This document shows, one piece after another, positions 24,024-37,864 of a DNA stretch of 64,000 nucleotides. The DNA comes from Dicyema japonicum. Its lineage: Eukaryota > Animalia > Dicyemida. Both the position numbers and the translations under genes were made by a program. The stretch's first letter is position 1; each line of letters starts with the position of its first letter. The notes below the pieces were generated by a model. The model was not told where the DNA came from, ran no database searches, and saw only the letters and a program-made list of their open reading frames with translations. The stretch covers positions 308,028 to 372,027 of the forward strand of contig RDEW01000019.1 of the NCBI GenBank assembly GCA_011109175.1, read 5' to 3'.

Positions 24024-25050
24024 ACAGTCCTACCTCGTTTAGAGGAACCCAAACTGCAGAGAAAACCTCTATTTTGTGGAGATTTTATCAGTAAGTCATT
24101 CAAAATAAAAAAATTAAAATTTGTAAGGAAATACAGTCAGATCTGTAAATAGATGCGTTTATTTGTGAAAAATATGGCATCCCTATGAAGTTTACAAAAA
24201 ATGAAAAGGGAAGAAATACTATGTGAATCTCCTCTAGGTCAAATTGAGTGAATGAGAACCAATTGAATATGGGGGTTTATGAAGTTTTTCGTTCTCTGAG
24301 ATTCAAGGGTTTCCCAATTAATGGACCAACGTTAAAACTTGTCGCTTGTAAGATTGCAAGTAGACATTCTAAGACTTTATTGTATCAAATGGGTGGCTCG
24401 ATCGATTTAGAACACAATTTGATATAAAATTCAAAATCTTTCAAAACAAAACTCGGTCAGTTGAAGATCAGTTGAAGAAAAAGTAAAAATCAATGATATA
24501 CTTAAAATATAAGAAAACATCTTCAATTGTAAAGAAACTGCAATTTTTTAAAATAAATTTATCTAAAAAAAGTTTTGTTGAAAAAAGTGAATCATTCAAT
24601 GGAAATAAATTAGGAAAAGAACATCTCGCACTTTTTTATGCTGCAGCTACATTTGAGAAAAATATAAGCCACTTATAACATGGAGCTCAAAGTCGCCAAA
24701 AGTATTGAGATGAGTAAGTCTAAAAGCCATCATACTGAATATGATGCTTCATACAAATTTTGGATGACAAATAGCATTTTTGGAAATTAGCTATCGCCTA
24801 TTTACCAAGAAACAAAATTGCTTTGAAAAGGCCATGGAAGTTGAACTTAATGACACTATAAAACAACATGATAACGAAAACAGCCCAATTAATCAGGATA
24901 TTGTGGAAAAATGAAATTTTAGAGACATTTATGATGATCATATCATTGATAGAGAAGATAGCAGCGAAACAATTGTTGAACATTTGGAGTATGAAGTCAC
25001 AAAAAATACGGAACGTACTTTGAAAAAGCATCTTAGTGTGGTCAAAATGA
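24024..25050 (+). mobile_element. Tigger/pogo transposon remnant
   Basis: TA followed by the TIR-like CAGTCCTACCTCG; CENP-B HTH FPINGPTLK..KIA..VSNGWLDRFR. Right end not found. Confidence 0.6.
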
Positions 25051-25134
25051 ATTTTCTGTTATAAAAAACAGATATTGCGCATTCACTACAAAAAATGAAA
25101 TAACATTATGAGTTTCAATTTTTTGACCGCGAGG

Positions 25135-25355
25135 CGCCATGTGGTTCTATGTGGCTAGTTTGTCATAAATTATTTTCCATTTTTCCGATGGCGTCATCGG
25201 GTCCACCTGACTGAGGAGACGCCCAATGCCTGGCAAGCATCAAGAGGATCCAACTATTCTTTCCCCGGGGACAATGTCGTTATCTGGAGACAAGTTCTGG
25301 AACAATGGAACGAGTCAGGATCTAGGAGTTAGTTAGTTTGGTTACTCTTGGTCTT
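25135..25355 (+). repeat. Solo copy of the RTE-like LINE 5' UTR
   Basis: Reverse complement aligns with 23125-23345 over about 220 bp. Confidence 0.75.
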
Positions 25356-25849
25356 TGGAATAAATTTAATTTAAAATGACAGATGATTTATCCTGTTTTT
25401 AATACATTTTAAAGTAATTTTTATTATAAAAGTAATTTCCCACTTTTTTATTTAAAACCTTCATTTTAAGGAAAATCTCAAAATTTGGGAATTTTTCTCC
25501 ACTCGGGGTCGAACTGCAATATTATTTAAGAAATCCATAGACTTTTAGAACTGGCTCAAAGAACTTTGATCTATTTATATATTATTCGAAAGATAGTTCT
25601 TGCCAGAAGCGGGACCGATGTTCTGGTAGTGGTACCAGTATGGACGAATAAGATGATCGAGAAGGCGAAGATTATAAGTGGAAAGTTTTTTTATTTCTTT
25701 GAAAAATTTAACCACTAAAAATAAAATTAACTGCCCTTGACCGAACAGCAACACAATAGTTATTACCACCACTCTAATCTTTTGAGCTACGAGGGCCATT
25801 TTGATTTTTCTATATTCCTATTAACTTCTGCATTTCAATATACTGGTTA

Positions 25850-26350
25850 AGGTCCCCCTTTTTCCTAAACTGGATCCTCAAGTGACAAATAGTATTACAT
25901 TCATCATACCACGAAATGTACAGTCAGATCTTAAGAATTTTTGCAATATTTTTTATAGCAAACTCTTTCGTTTTTTGGTGCCTCATGTCAGCCCTTTTTC
26001 TGTTGCACTAGTTATCGACACACCCAACATACTGCATTAACCTTCTTTAAGAAATATTATGATTATCCTCATAAGAGTATCATACACTCGATCATTTGCC
26101 TTTGAAATGTCAGTCATAAAGACGTTTTAAAGAATCGGGCTCAGATGGAACCCTGAGGGACTCATTTTTAAGACAATCTTATCAGAAATATACAATCCAT
26201 GCTTCACAGACTATTTTCTTCCACAGCAAAACTAATTGTAAAGAAAATTCTGTCTTTGAAGCAGTTTAAATAATGGTATCGTGCCACTAACTATCGAAAG
26301 CCTTTAAGATATCTTTGTTAATCACACTAAGGTGACACGCAATCAACATT
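25850..26350 (-). mobile_element. Jockey/CR1-like RT remnant
   Basis: DILKAFDS.WHD and PSGFHLSPIL.NVFMTDI, heavily decayed. Confidence 0.45.
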
Positions 26351-26499
26351 AACATTAAAAGTAAGTTAATTTGATATGAGTAATTCATAATTATTATCAT
26401 TAAAATTAATATTTTTTTCTAGATTTTTATTTTATTTTTAGGTACAATTTCCGTGATTTAATACCTTGTTTGGTTGAGGTGGTGACGTCCCTTTTTTGT

Positions 26500-29030
26500 A
26501 CTATGTCTAATACACATCCTGGAGAACTCGTGCTAAGGACATTCACACAAAGGACACAACTGACAGAGGACCTTAGTCGTTATGAAGTTTCTGTAGCATG
26601 CCTTCAGGAAACAAAAGTAAAAAAGAAGACTTGAAGTCGGGGGAGCATAAAGAGTTTTTGCTAGAACCAGAATGCAGACATTATGGACAGGGATTTCCTA
26701 TTCATCGACGTTTTGCCAATACGATTCACAGATGTGGAGTGCAAGTAACAGGATCTCTCTCACTGAAGTTAGGCAGGTTATCAACGCATACAATGGGCTT
26801 AGCAATGAGGTGTCCAGATGAAGTTGAAACTTCGGAATGGAGATATAGTTCCGATTTAATATCAAACTGATTATATACTATGTAAGCGGGAATTCAAGAG
26901 CATGCTTATGGACTCGCGATCTTATGGAGGCACTATTCTACTGAGTGGTCATAAATGGTTATCTTTCGCTTTAAACTAGAAAGAAGTCAAGGAATGATCA
27001 AGAGAAACAAAACAAACACAACTCTGAAAATTGGTGGTGGAAAGTCTGAACACAAATAGCTTCACCCGCCAAAGATTCGCTGATAAAGTGGACGTCTTCG
27101 TCTCAAAATTGGATATGAGAAGCCCACCAAGTCAGCGGTGGGCTGCAATAACTAATGGACTTGGAAATTTTGCCTGGCCATAATTTAAGGATGTCTCAAG
27201 AAGGCCATACAATAAACAAATAGATTTGCTATCGAGAACACAAAAAATTGAGACTCTGGACTGAGAATACAAAATGTCCAAAATAGAAAGCATTATTAAA
27301 AGAAAAAGGGAACTCTATCCACGGAACATAAAGAAAAAAATCCACGAAAGGAGACTTGAACAGTACGAAGAGTAAGTTGAAGAACTTAATGTTCAGAGCA
27401 ATCCGGCTTTTAAACAGAACGGATTAACCTGAAGGATTGATTGTGAATAACAAGAATGGAAGACGAATACTAGACAAAAAAGAAGTTGCAGAGCATATAG
27501 CTGATCACTTTGAATCGCTCTTCAGGAGTGACTACGAACGCATAACTCAATTTCTCAGACAACAGTGGTGGAGATACAAACGGATCTGCAAAAGCTGAAC
27601 AACAATAGGAGTCCGGGCATTGACGGTATCAACGGGGAACTTCTGAAACATTCGTCGCCCTCACTGATCTATCACCTATGCAGCATGCTAAACAACATTT
27701 TTATGTACCACATGGCTGTCCCACTAGGGGAGGGAATTCTGATACCTAGCAGAAACCTGGGAATCACGTTGGACCCGTAGAAAATCTCAGATCTATAATC
27801 CTTCTAACAATTCTACGGAAACTATTATCTCTGATTGTTTTGGAAAGGATTTCTCCTACAGTTAACGAATATTTGTCTCTGGGCCAGAGTGGATTGAGAA
27901 GAGGAAGATCCACGGCTGATATCGTATGGACACAGATGGATATGTGCCATGACGCAGAGATTCCAGAAGGCTTCACACACTGGAAATTGATCTCTTTCGA
28001 GCGTTCCATACTGTACGCAGAGAGAAACTAATATTGCTACATGGTACGTTGCTGGACAAGACAGTCGACGGATGACCAGGGTCCTACTTGTGGACACTGA
28101 AATGCAAGTCTGGGTCGGTTCAGAGCGATCCCGTAAATTTGAGACACATATTGGCACTCCTCGGGTAGATTTTTATCTACAATTTGTTATCTATCTGGAG
28201 GTCGCCCTTCGGAACGAGGCAAAACTGGGCAGACTTCGATCACAGAACTAATTTACGCGGATGACGTAGACTTTGTTTTGGAAGACATAAAGGAAATCAG
28301 TATCGCTCTAAATCATGCTCCCGGAGCATTCGCGGAATGCTTCTGAAAATGGACGAACAAAAGACCGAGGTCACAACTGTTAAAAGAGAAAATCAATTGA
28401 CAGATGAGAAATGGAGAAGAACAAAGTCGGCTCACTACTCGGTGATTGGGAGGATGTTCAGCGAAGGAACATTTTATCGATTCTTTCACTAAAAAGACTG
28501 AAGTCCACATGGTTAATATTTTCACACGTCTCAACATCCATAAAGATGAGTTCACAAAATGTATTTATTCTGCCTATTTTGCTATACAACTCAGGAACGT
28601 GGTGTTTGAATCAAACTTGTACTGAAAACCTGAATGTTTTTCACAGAAAACAACTGAAGTTCCTATTGGACATATGCTCTCCGAAGGTGATCAGCAACCA
28701 GAAGCTATAGACTATCTATAAATCTGAAAGCTTGGAGACCACTGTAATGAACAATCGATGGGGATTATTGAGGATAGATTCGGCTGCTCCCGTAAGTAAT
28801 ATCATGGAATTATACTTCACAAACATCGGTCCATTTCGAGGCAGACAACGGACAACAGCTCCTCTGACCTTAAATAACGACCTAAAAATGAAAAATGTGA
28901 CTGGAAAATCTTGATGACTTAGACTACCTCCGAAAAATCACAATCTCAAGAGGATTGTGGAGGCGTCTGACGGCAAAGATTATCCGGGGTGCGGTACAAG
29001 AGACGTCAATTGATTAACTCTGCGAATGTG
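26500..29030 (+). mobile_element. Near full-length degenerate RTE-like LINE
   Basis: APE (VSVACLQETK, RHYGQG), RT (RSPGIDGINGELLK, SLGQSGLRRGRSTAD, IYADDVDF) and C-terminus (KVGSLLGDWEDVQRR, LYNSGTW, FRGRQRTT). Confidence 0.85.
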
Positions 29031-29149
29031 CATTATTAATACCTCAGAAGCTCCACAGCGTTTATATCAGACTCTCGTGAAAAATGTCTATGATGGATAT
29101 AGCCTTTTTAGTATGATTTTCCAAATGTCCCCCTAAAGACTGACCTCTT

Positions 29150-30400
29150 ATTAAGGACAAAATCAATCTGCTTGATGGAAGTGCTAGTCGATGGAAACAG
29201 GGAGGAATGAAATATACCCGAGAATATTATGAGAATGTCACGAATAGTAGAGGCCCTCAGTTATGGTCTCAAGCGATAGTAACAATACCCCAGAATCCCA
29301 ATAACATTATTCCCAAGGATATTCTGGATTCGAGTGGAAGGAATATGAAAGTTTCCGAAAAGTACCTCGAGTCAACTTTTAAATCTCCTGTCCTTAGTGA
29401 ATAGGGTGAACTGAGACTTGGGTGCAGATACAGCCATCACACACCTGGTTGAGGAGTGATTGAACCACCGCCATAGTCCTGGAAGAAGATTTGTCCTTTG
29501 CAGCGATAATCAGGTCGCCCACGTAAGATAAAACATAGCAAGATAACTGATCTTGGGTATTAGGTAAGTCGTGTAAATTGGAGAAAAGATAAAGGGGAAC
29601 CTTGTGGGATCTCATTTGGGAGTAGCCTTGATTTTGAAGTAGTTTTACCAATCCTGACTCTTCTACGTCATCCAGTTAAGAAACTTTCCAGCCATAACAT
29701 GATGTTCTTATATAATTTCGAATTAAAGATCCTTGTCGCTAAGAGTGTCCTCGAGACTGAGTAAAACGCTTTTGTATGTCGATCGAGCAGATCACTTTTT
29801 GGAGTGTCTCGGCTTGTTTGCAAATCCGACTCGAATGAAGTCGGTCAATGTTTGTATGTGGATCTCTCATTTTTGAATCCGTGTTGAAAAGGCCTCTGGT
29901 AAGAACTCTTTTATTTTCCCGAGCAAAAACCTCTTCATGACTTTTGACATGGAAGTGACACCAGTCTAAAATTCTCTTGGTCTTCCAGATTTAGCATTGG
30001 CCGTATTTGTTCCAGTTTCCATAATAACGGTATCACATTGTGATTAATCGAAGTTTAGGAAAGTAACTCCCCCGTCTCCAAGGTCCATGAGAGTATATTG
30101 TTTTTGAGACATGTAGTGTATCCATCCAAGAAGAGCGGATCTGCCAATTTGTTCAGTTTTCTGCGTGATAAGAGTCCACTTCCTGTGCTCATTGTGTGAA
30201 ATTTCCGTGTAGAATTATATCAAGCAGTTCACATCTCCCGACGACCACTCGACGAATTTAATAGATGTTTGGGTGCAGCCATTGATCTTGCTTCTAAGAT
30301 TATGCTGGTAAACTACCTGGTCCCTTTAACAGGAGAACTAAAGCTACCCAAGTAACGATTTTTTAGTCTGTCTTTAAGATTCGGAATACAATCTCCAGTT
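29150..30400 (-). mobile_element. I/Jockey-group LINE RT remnant
   Basis: LWLESFLTG.RRRVRIGK..LPNEIPQGSPL and VLSYVGDLIIAA. Confidence 0.6.
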
Positions 30401-31199
30401 AGCATCTTTGTACTTGTAGCTGCTAGGAACTCTACTTACGTTGGCCTCTATTGATCTTCACCACAATCCGATTATGATCACTTCTTTTTTATTAGAAGAC
30501 TGACCAAGCAATTATCGATGAAGTGATGAGTACGCACGTTCCGGAATTTGTTGGGGCATTCATTAGATCTTGGAAGAGAGTTTCGGCACATATTGAAAAA
30601 ATGGTACCAATAAAACTAAAAAAACAAAACTTATTGAAGTACACTTGGTTCCATTTTTTGTTGCACGTGTGATAAATAAAGGGAATCAATCTGAACAAAC
30701 AAAGCTTTAAAGCAAAGTGTAATTAAGTTTATTTCATTTATTATCTAAAAGCCCCAAAACCACCAAGAAAGAAATGTTACACCCGCTAATAGGTGATCTC
30801 AGCTTACCCCCTTCCCTCCATTTAGTACTTATACATTATCCTACGGGCACTTTTTAGTGATTTTAAAAATAATATTTTTTTAAGTGAGAAAGTATATATT
30901 TTAAAAATAATTACAATAATTAAATTTAAAAATTCCACACTAATTTTCTCCCTAGTAAACGGAAGTGACTTTGTTCAACCTATCCCAAAATCAAACAGAA
31001 GCTATTAAACTTATACAAGATTGTGGTATTTAACCAAAAGAAAAGTTACGTTGCCGAGGATCTGTCTCAAGGGTATCTAAACCTCCATGGTATTGTCACA
31101 CAGAGGGTGCTGATCTGCTTATTCATTTAAAGTGAGTATTTAAATCAATTTTTAATTTTACAGGTTAGAGGGAACTAGAATAAAATTCGAGGGTGTGAT

Positions 31200-32400
31200 T
31201 AGGCTCATCTTGTGTGAACGCATTGGTCTTTTGCTACAAAGATTTCATCGTCAGCATAAGCGATAACAGACTTCTGTCGCTAGTATGGGAGGGCATACCG
31301 CTCAGAAAAGGTTAAAAAATGGATGTCAGAGGAAATTCTTGTGAAACTCTATTTGGGAGAAATTTAGCTACTGAGTTGGTGGAACGTGCAACTACGTTAA
31401 GGAAGTTTGCAATCCAAAATTTCAATTTGTTTGGAAAATTTGAGACAAGGATCTTCCTCGTAAGTGACATCTTTAGGAGTTAAAATCCTTATATATGTCA
31501 TTGGAGCATATTAGTATCTGTTGATGCCCAGGTTTGCATTGTAGGCCCTTATTGGTGAATTTCGTAAGGCATGTAAGGTGGGTTGTTGTGAATTGACCCT
31601 TCTTAAATTCACGGGGAAGTATACATCGTGAAAGTAGGCTTATCTGATCAAGAATGAGCTTTTCTACAATCGCTGAAAAGTCACACAGGAGAGATATAGG
31701 TCTGAATGAGAAGGGTGAGTCCTTTGAGTAGGACCACATAGCATAGGGGTTATCTTTTCAACACTATTGTTGCAATTCCATCTTGACCTCTGGACTAAGT
31801 TGATTTTTGATATTGTCTTGCTCACATTCTTCTCCACAACGTTACGCTTGAGTTTTATGAATGAAAGTGAAGAACTCTCAAGTTTCTGGTACTTGATTAA
31901 ACTTAAAAAGGAATAATATTTCATGATCTTGTTTAAGAAGTTCTTGTTCCCCAGATCATCGCAAGGAGGGCGTCCTCCCAGAATTTGTGAAGCCAGGAGT
32001 TTATTCATCATCCTCATTAGTTTGTTATCCGTGCTTAGAGTGACATTAGGTTATTCCAGACCCTCTCCTGCTTGTTCCTGGCATTGTTTCTTATCTAAGG
32101 CACAAATTCTTTCCCTAATTAAAAAAACAGTAAGGGCGGCAACTACCTGACTTCTATTGCTTAAATTTAAATAAAGTCCAGAGGTTGAAAAAAAAACTTG
32201 AAACAAGCGGTATATTCGGATCTCAGAACCAATATTGCTATCATAGTTATCTGCAAACAAGCAATTCTCGCGTCTAGAAATCTCGACATAAAAAAATAAA
32301 TTTATAGCCACTACCCATAGTCGCAGATCCCTTCGCGTATGTGAGCAAGATGGAAACCCACTACGCCTCTCCACTTCCAAGGCAAAAAAAACCGATTAAT
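31200..32400 (-). mobile_element. I/Jockey-group LINE RT remnant
   Basis: DSPFSFRPISLLCDFSAIVEKLIL, FKKGQFTTTHLTCLTKF and a decayed YADD region. Confidence 0.6.
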
Positions 32401-33679
32401 TAAAAAGTTCCCCTATTCAGGGTGACTTGAACAATGAAAGACCACAGACGTTGGATGGTGCAGTTGATTACGGCAAATGGGATAACTTAACAGTTCGATG
32501 TTTTTTCTGTCTTTCCTGGTGATTCTGGGGTCCTAAATAAATGCTAATAGCTCTTCGCAGATAGTAAATAAATAATTTCCTTCCTAAAAAAACAAGTTCC
32601 TTTATTCTAATTATAAAGGCAAAGTGACATTTCCTTCCACATTATTGCGCAACTCCGCCACTTCCTTAAATTCCCTATAAAGAAACATTCAGTCGATAAA
32701 TGGAAATCACACTTTGGTTAGTAAATGAAGAGGGAGTTATTCGATAAAGCAGTGACAGCCATAAACTCTGCCATAATCATGGTTTGTTATCGTTCAGTAT
32801 TTCAAGTCTATTGGGGGTTACATTCTGTCGGTTGTATCCCTGATCACACACTTTTATTGGAACTCCAAAGGCACTCATTCGTGGACCTACTTCAGCACAA
32901 TCCTATTTCTCTTCATTTACGCAGCCTTTCTGACTCTTTCCGGGATTTTTGGGTTCATCAACGTGAGAACATCAAACAAATTTATAAAAATACTGGTATT
33001 CTCAGATTTGATTGTCAGTTAGGCCTGGGGTTACTCACGGTCTTTGCAGGATCCCTTCTTTACTTGACGGTCCAAATAAGCGACATGCAGGTAGGCCTTT
33101 GTACTAATAGAAGATGAGGGGGATCATAACAAACACGTTTCAGGATGGCTCAGAGGAATATCTCCACAGGGGGAACATAATCGTCGATTTTATTAAATCA
33201 AGGGTTTGACTGTTTGAATATTCCAGTTTAACTGCAGTTCTGAATCAAGTTCCCGATGTTGCCCCCGTCTCCGTGCAGTTTTGAGGATAAAAGAGTACAT
33301 ATTTACGTAATTTCAGGGCTGTGGGAGAATTATAAGCGCAGAAATGGACCCATCCTTTACAGCTGTCAAAATAATTTCCATAGTCGTATTAGTCTCTTCT
33401 GTATTAAGCATTTCATATTTGTAGAGTGTCGGACTCGTACAGATCATCAACTCTTTTAAAAAATAAAATGAAAACCAACCAGCAGATTAATTTTTAAATT
33501 ATTATAAATATTGTTTAAAATTAAAGAAAATCAATTGTAATTAATTAACACTATGCAAGCTGAATTCTCCTTTTCTTTGGGCATTGGCCCTTTGTATCAA
33601 CCTCACTGTTCCCCTCGTATATTATTTGAGAAAGCAAATCACTAGACAAGAAAGCTGTTTCTCTTGGTTTTTCTTCTAC

Positions 33680-34140
33680 GTCACCTCCGAGTTCAGAGCC
33701 TCTTGAGACAAGATGATTAGTCACTCTTGTAACCTCATCATACTAGTTATCAACTTTTTTCCCATGTCTATGCTCGATTATCATTCTCTCTAAAGTTTTT
33801 TTAATCGTCATTGATTGGATGTACGCCCTCGTAGAGACATCCACGTTGAGTCTTTCCATATAGGACTTTTAGTACTTTGTTACTACTCCATCCCATGTCA
33901 AAACAATCGGAATTATTGTCACCTTGGCCTTGTGAATTTGTGCTGGTTCTTATTCCAGAAGGTCGTATTTGTGGAGTTTTTCTACTTCAACATGTTTTAG
34001 CAAATCTTGGGAAGTGATCTCTACTTCTATTAGTATTATTTCGTTTTTGATTTATCGAGTACAAAAATATCAGGTTTGTTATTTTTAACTTGTATATCCG
34101 TTTGTAGTGTTGCATCGACTCGTTTATATTATTATTAAGG
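33680..34140 (-). mobile_element. R4/Dong-type LINE restriction-like endonuclease C-terminus
   Basis: TLQTDIQVKNNKPDIFVLDK..LIEVEITSQDLLKHVEVEKLHKYDLL..IIPIVLTWDGVVTKY..AYIQSMTIKKTLE. Confidence 0.75.
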
Positions 34141-34169
34141 CACTTTCACGAAAGCCATAATGATTATAG

Positions 34170-34310
34170 CCCCGCATGTGCAACACTCAAAGAAACAATA
34201 TTTATAGTTAGTCTTTTCCATCTTCCTCTGTCGAATGCGAGTGATCTCAATTCGTTCAGGTCGTCTCCCGTCTTTAGATTTTTTCTCACACGATTTAAGT
34301 CTTTGTCGTT
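34170..34310 (-). mobile_element. RTE-like LINE extreme 3' fragment
   Basis: KDLNRVRKNLKTGDDLNELRSLAFDRGRWK. Confidence 0.55.
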
Positions 34311-35166
34311 TATAATTATAATTAATTTCAGAATTTTTGTTTTTTTTAAAAACTTTTGATGATTATTTAAATTTTTTGTTAATTAATTGTTTTCCCCCTG
34401 TAAAAAATTGTCATAAATAACTCCGTATACACTCGTCAATTTATATAGAGAACCATTGATAATCAAAAATATCACAGTGTTTTTCAACCTATTTTCCCGC
34501 CGTCCTTTTTGAAATTTCATATCCCATCTAAACTTTTCATCTCTATAAGTTATTTAACTCTCATTAGAATTTATAAATTAATAACTCATTTATCCACTTA
34601 AGTTGTAAAGAAAAATTTATTATATAATAATCATTAAATGCTTCAATAACCCCTGTAAAATTTAGTCAAGATACAATCGCATGTCATCAAAATGTTATAA
34701 TATTGACTTGGCGACAATGCATTATCCCAAGTTCTTTGCAAGAAAAACGTACTTCCACTTCTTCCCCACCTCTATTGTTTGCTTCTTATACGGCAACGTT
34801 CCGTGGTGGCTAAAACGAAAGATAAGATCTTGGCATCTGTGTGATAATTTTTCATGCTTAGAATTCTAATCTCAAAACCAAACACGCTTTTTCGATCACT
34901 AAGAAAGTTTGCAGACCAGAGTTTAAGTTTCCAGGGATTTCCGATAGAAATATTTTCCATGTTAAGTTTCTTCTAGGAACGGAGCCGAAGGCTCTGAAAA
35001 TATCCACGAAATATTTGGAAATAAGCTTTATGTGTTTTTAAGTTGAAATTAAATTTTGCGATAATAATAATATAATAATATGCGCAATATATTCGTAAAA
35101 ATTAAATTATATATTTTTTTAATTTTAATTTTTTAAATAAGTAAGATTTAAAAAACAAAGCGTAAG

Positions 35167-37383
35167 ATGAAAATTGTATTCTTGTAGTCGCTATCATAGA
35201 TAAATGCACAATCAAGTAGCAAAAGCACATGTTGTATCATAAAGCACTGTGGACTCCAAGTAATGTGCGATTGCGGACTGGACATGTCACTACTAGGACA
35301 ATACCGACCGTGTTCTGAATCACTAGGGTTTACCTGTCAAATTATTGCAAAGACCATTCAGTAGGGACGTAATTCTGACCAAGCAAAATTCAGATCCGTC
35401 GAACATAGTACTCGAAAATGTTAGTTGCAGCCAATTTTCAAATTCAAGGAGGATGCACTGTTAGATGGGCAATTTCTGTTTCTCCCCCCAGACGTACCTC
35501 TTTTTCTTAGTGGCAGATTATCGACAAAATGCACCTAATAAACGTAGTCGTTCTGACTAACCCATACGACCTATTTGGGATCATTTTCATCACCAAGGAG
35601 TACAGATATTCCGGACACATCTACGCGACTGAACCCTGCTTCAGATATGCAAAGTACTACTAGTATTTACTGAGACTCCTGATTAACGAACTGGTCGCTT
35701 ATGTTCAGAAATTGAAGAATTTACTGCCGAGGCCAAAAATCGACAAAGAGACTCTTTTGTTTGAATTCAATTTATTCTAGAACATTCTCTTATGGCGGGA
35801 ATTCTAGGCATTTTAGTACATTGGAGAAGATAACTGACGGGGAATTAAATTTTAATTCAATATTCAAGAAAGACTCTGAAGGGGAAATAGTTATTCCCAA
35901 AGTATTAGAGTCCACTTTTGGGGTCGTTTTTTATCCACATCATTCGAGACTATTTTTGGGGAAAAAATATGTGTGAATAAATTGCTAGAAATGGTTGATA
36001 GTGGAGAGATCGAGTATATTCTCTCACTGGTCAGGACTGTTAGCTTCGGGGAAGTCGTGGTACCTGGGATCTCTCAGTTGTAGAACTTGTTCCAGGGACG
36101 TCTGAAACTGACTTTTCTAAGCTCGGGACTGGCTTTGGGGTGTGCCAATGTGCTGTTGGAGTTCCCCACTTCTTCGGTTATTTGTTGGCTTATTGAAGGT
36201 CTTCTATGTCAGTAGGACGAGCACAGTGCCCAATCATGCCAGAGTATTAACTGAGGTCACTGTAGCCATTGGATAGAAGTGTCAAGAAGGCTGACGTTGT
36301 TGTTGTGTCTTCCCCCGTGAATGATGAGGAACTAGGGTTTGTGCAGACCATAAGGGACGTCCTCATATGTGGTGGGTCCGCATTACTCCCTGTCTCTGTT
36401 ATGGCTACATTTTGACATTATTATGTTCCTGAATGAGAGACTGTTGCGTGAATTGCCATTTACAATGTATGTGATATCCCCTGTGGCAAAATCAGCCATC
36501 TCCCACTTTGATATCTTTTCAGAATGGTAGTCATGGGTTATAATTTAGGCTGTCAGAGGATATGTCTTCCTTAATGTTTGAATCGCTTAGTCCCTTCAAG
36601 CAGGCACTCATTTGAGTTACTTTAGATGATAGAGATGGGGAGACTGTGCATTCGTAGTGACTGCAACGATTTGTCTCTCAAACACCCGGCGGTTGTCTTC
36701 TGTGGACACGTGTCTGCCTCATTTGGAGACTTTGTCCACCTAATGGAAATATTTAACCACAAAAAGAATGCTGTGATCCTCACAGGTTTATCCTTCGATG
36801 TCATTAAGACCCTAATTACGACTATACAGGGATCTGTTCCGTGTTTACCCCCAAAGAACTTCAAGTTCACTATACACCTATCAAAACCTTCATCTCCAGC
36901 CAACAGCTGCATCAACTGATAACTTCATTGTCCCCAAACAGTGTGCTGTGGTCAATCGTGAGACACACAAGTCTCTTAGTGAGAAATCTAATATGTACAC
37001 GTGGGTTGAGGAGTCCATTTCAGTGAAGGTTGACAGCCGAATACCTGGACAGCTTCATTATAATGTAATTGGTGGAGTAAGTGTAGTTGTGTGGTGGTGA
37101 TCTGTCGTCACTGTTTGTGGAGATGACATACCCAGTTTGTACGTTGAAAGAGTGTGATGGGTTTGTGAAGACATTCCTGGATACTCAGTTCGGGAAGAGC
37201 TCGGCAATGAGGAGTTTGTCGAATGGGGGATATGTAATACACAAATGTGATAGTTCTGACACGTTTTATGCCTCCCATGGTGATTCGTTCTGTGAGTGGG
37301 CATTCTCTGAGGATAATCTTGTTATTACTTCGGATAGCATTAATATGTTATCTACTCTTGCTGATATGTTCTATTGTGATTAG
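35167..37383 (+). CDS. INTS9: Integrator complex subunit 9, multi-exon with tiny introns
   Basis: MKI|..VMCDCGLDMS, HIYATEP, GGSALLP, ISPVAKSAISHFDIFSEW and HPAVVFCGHVSASFGDFVHLME follow the INTS9 motif order. About a dozen 21-30 nt introns, and at least one frameshift near 36410. Confidence 0.85.
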
Positions 37384-37864
37384 TTTTTATTATTTTATGT
37401 GGATTTTTAGGTTGAATAAAGGACTTCTTTATTCGACAAAATTAAGACTTTCTAGGGCAGATAAGGAGGCAAAACCTAGATCGAATGGAAAAGGTGGGTG
37501 CTTGACGAAGTATTGAGTGTTGGTTTATGACCGCCGTTTAAGAAAATAGTGCAAGCTCCTAACTTGGAATGAGCCGATTTAGGACACACGTAAAAATAAA
37601 CCGCATAGATTTGGGGGTCTTGGAATCCGTCATACTTTAGACGTCTCACTTCCTGCACATCTGTCTTCACTCACATCCTGCGAACCTTTGGATAGGAGGA
37701 TTCTACACTCCCTACCCGAATTCTCAATTGACTAAGACATAATCTACGCACGAGAAGCCAGGAATGCCACCAACCTCCCCCTGCCTCCTTCAAAAGACTG
37801 CCAGTGAAACCTGGACAATTTATTATGTTGGAATTCATATGGACTCTTACTGAAATCCGCACCT

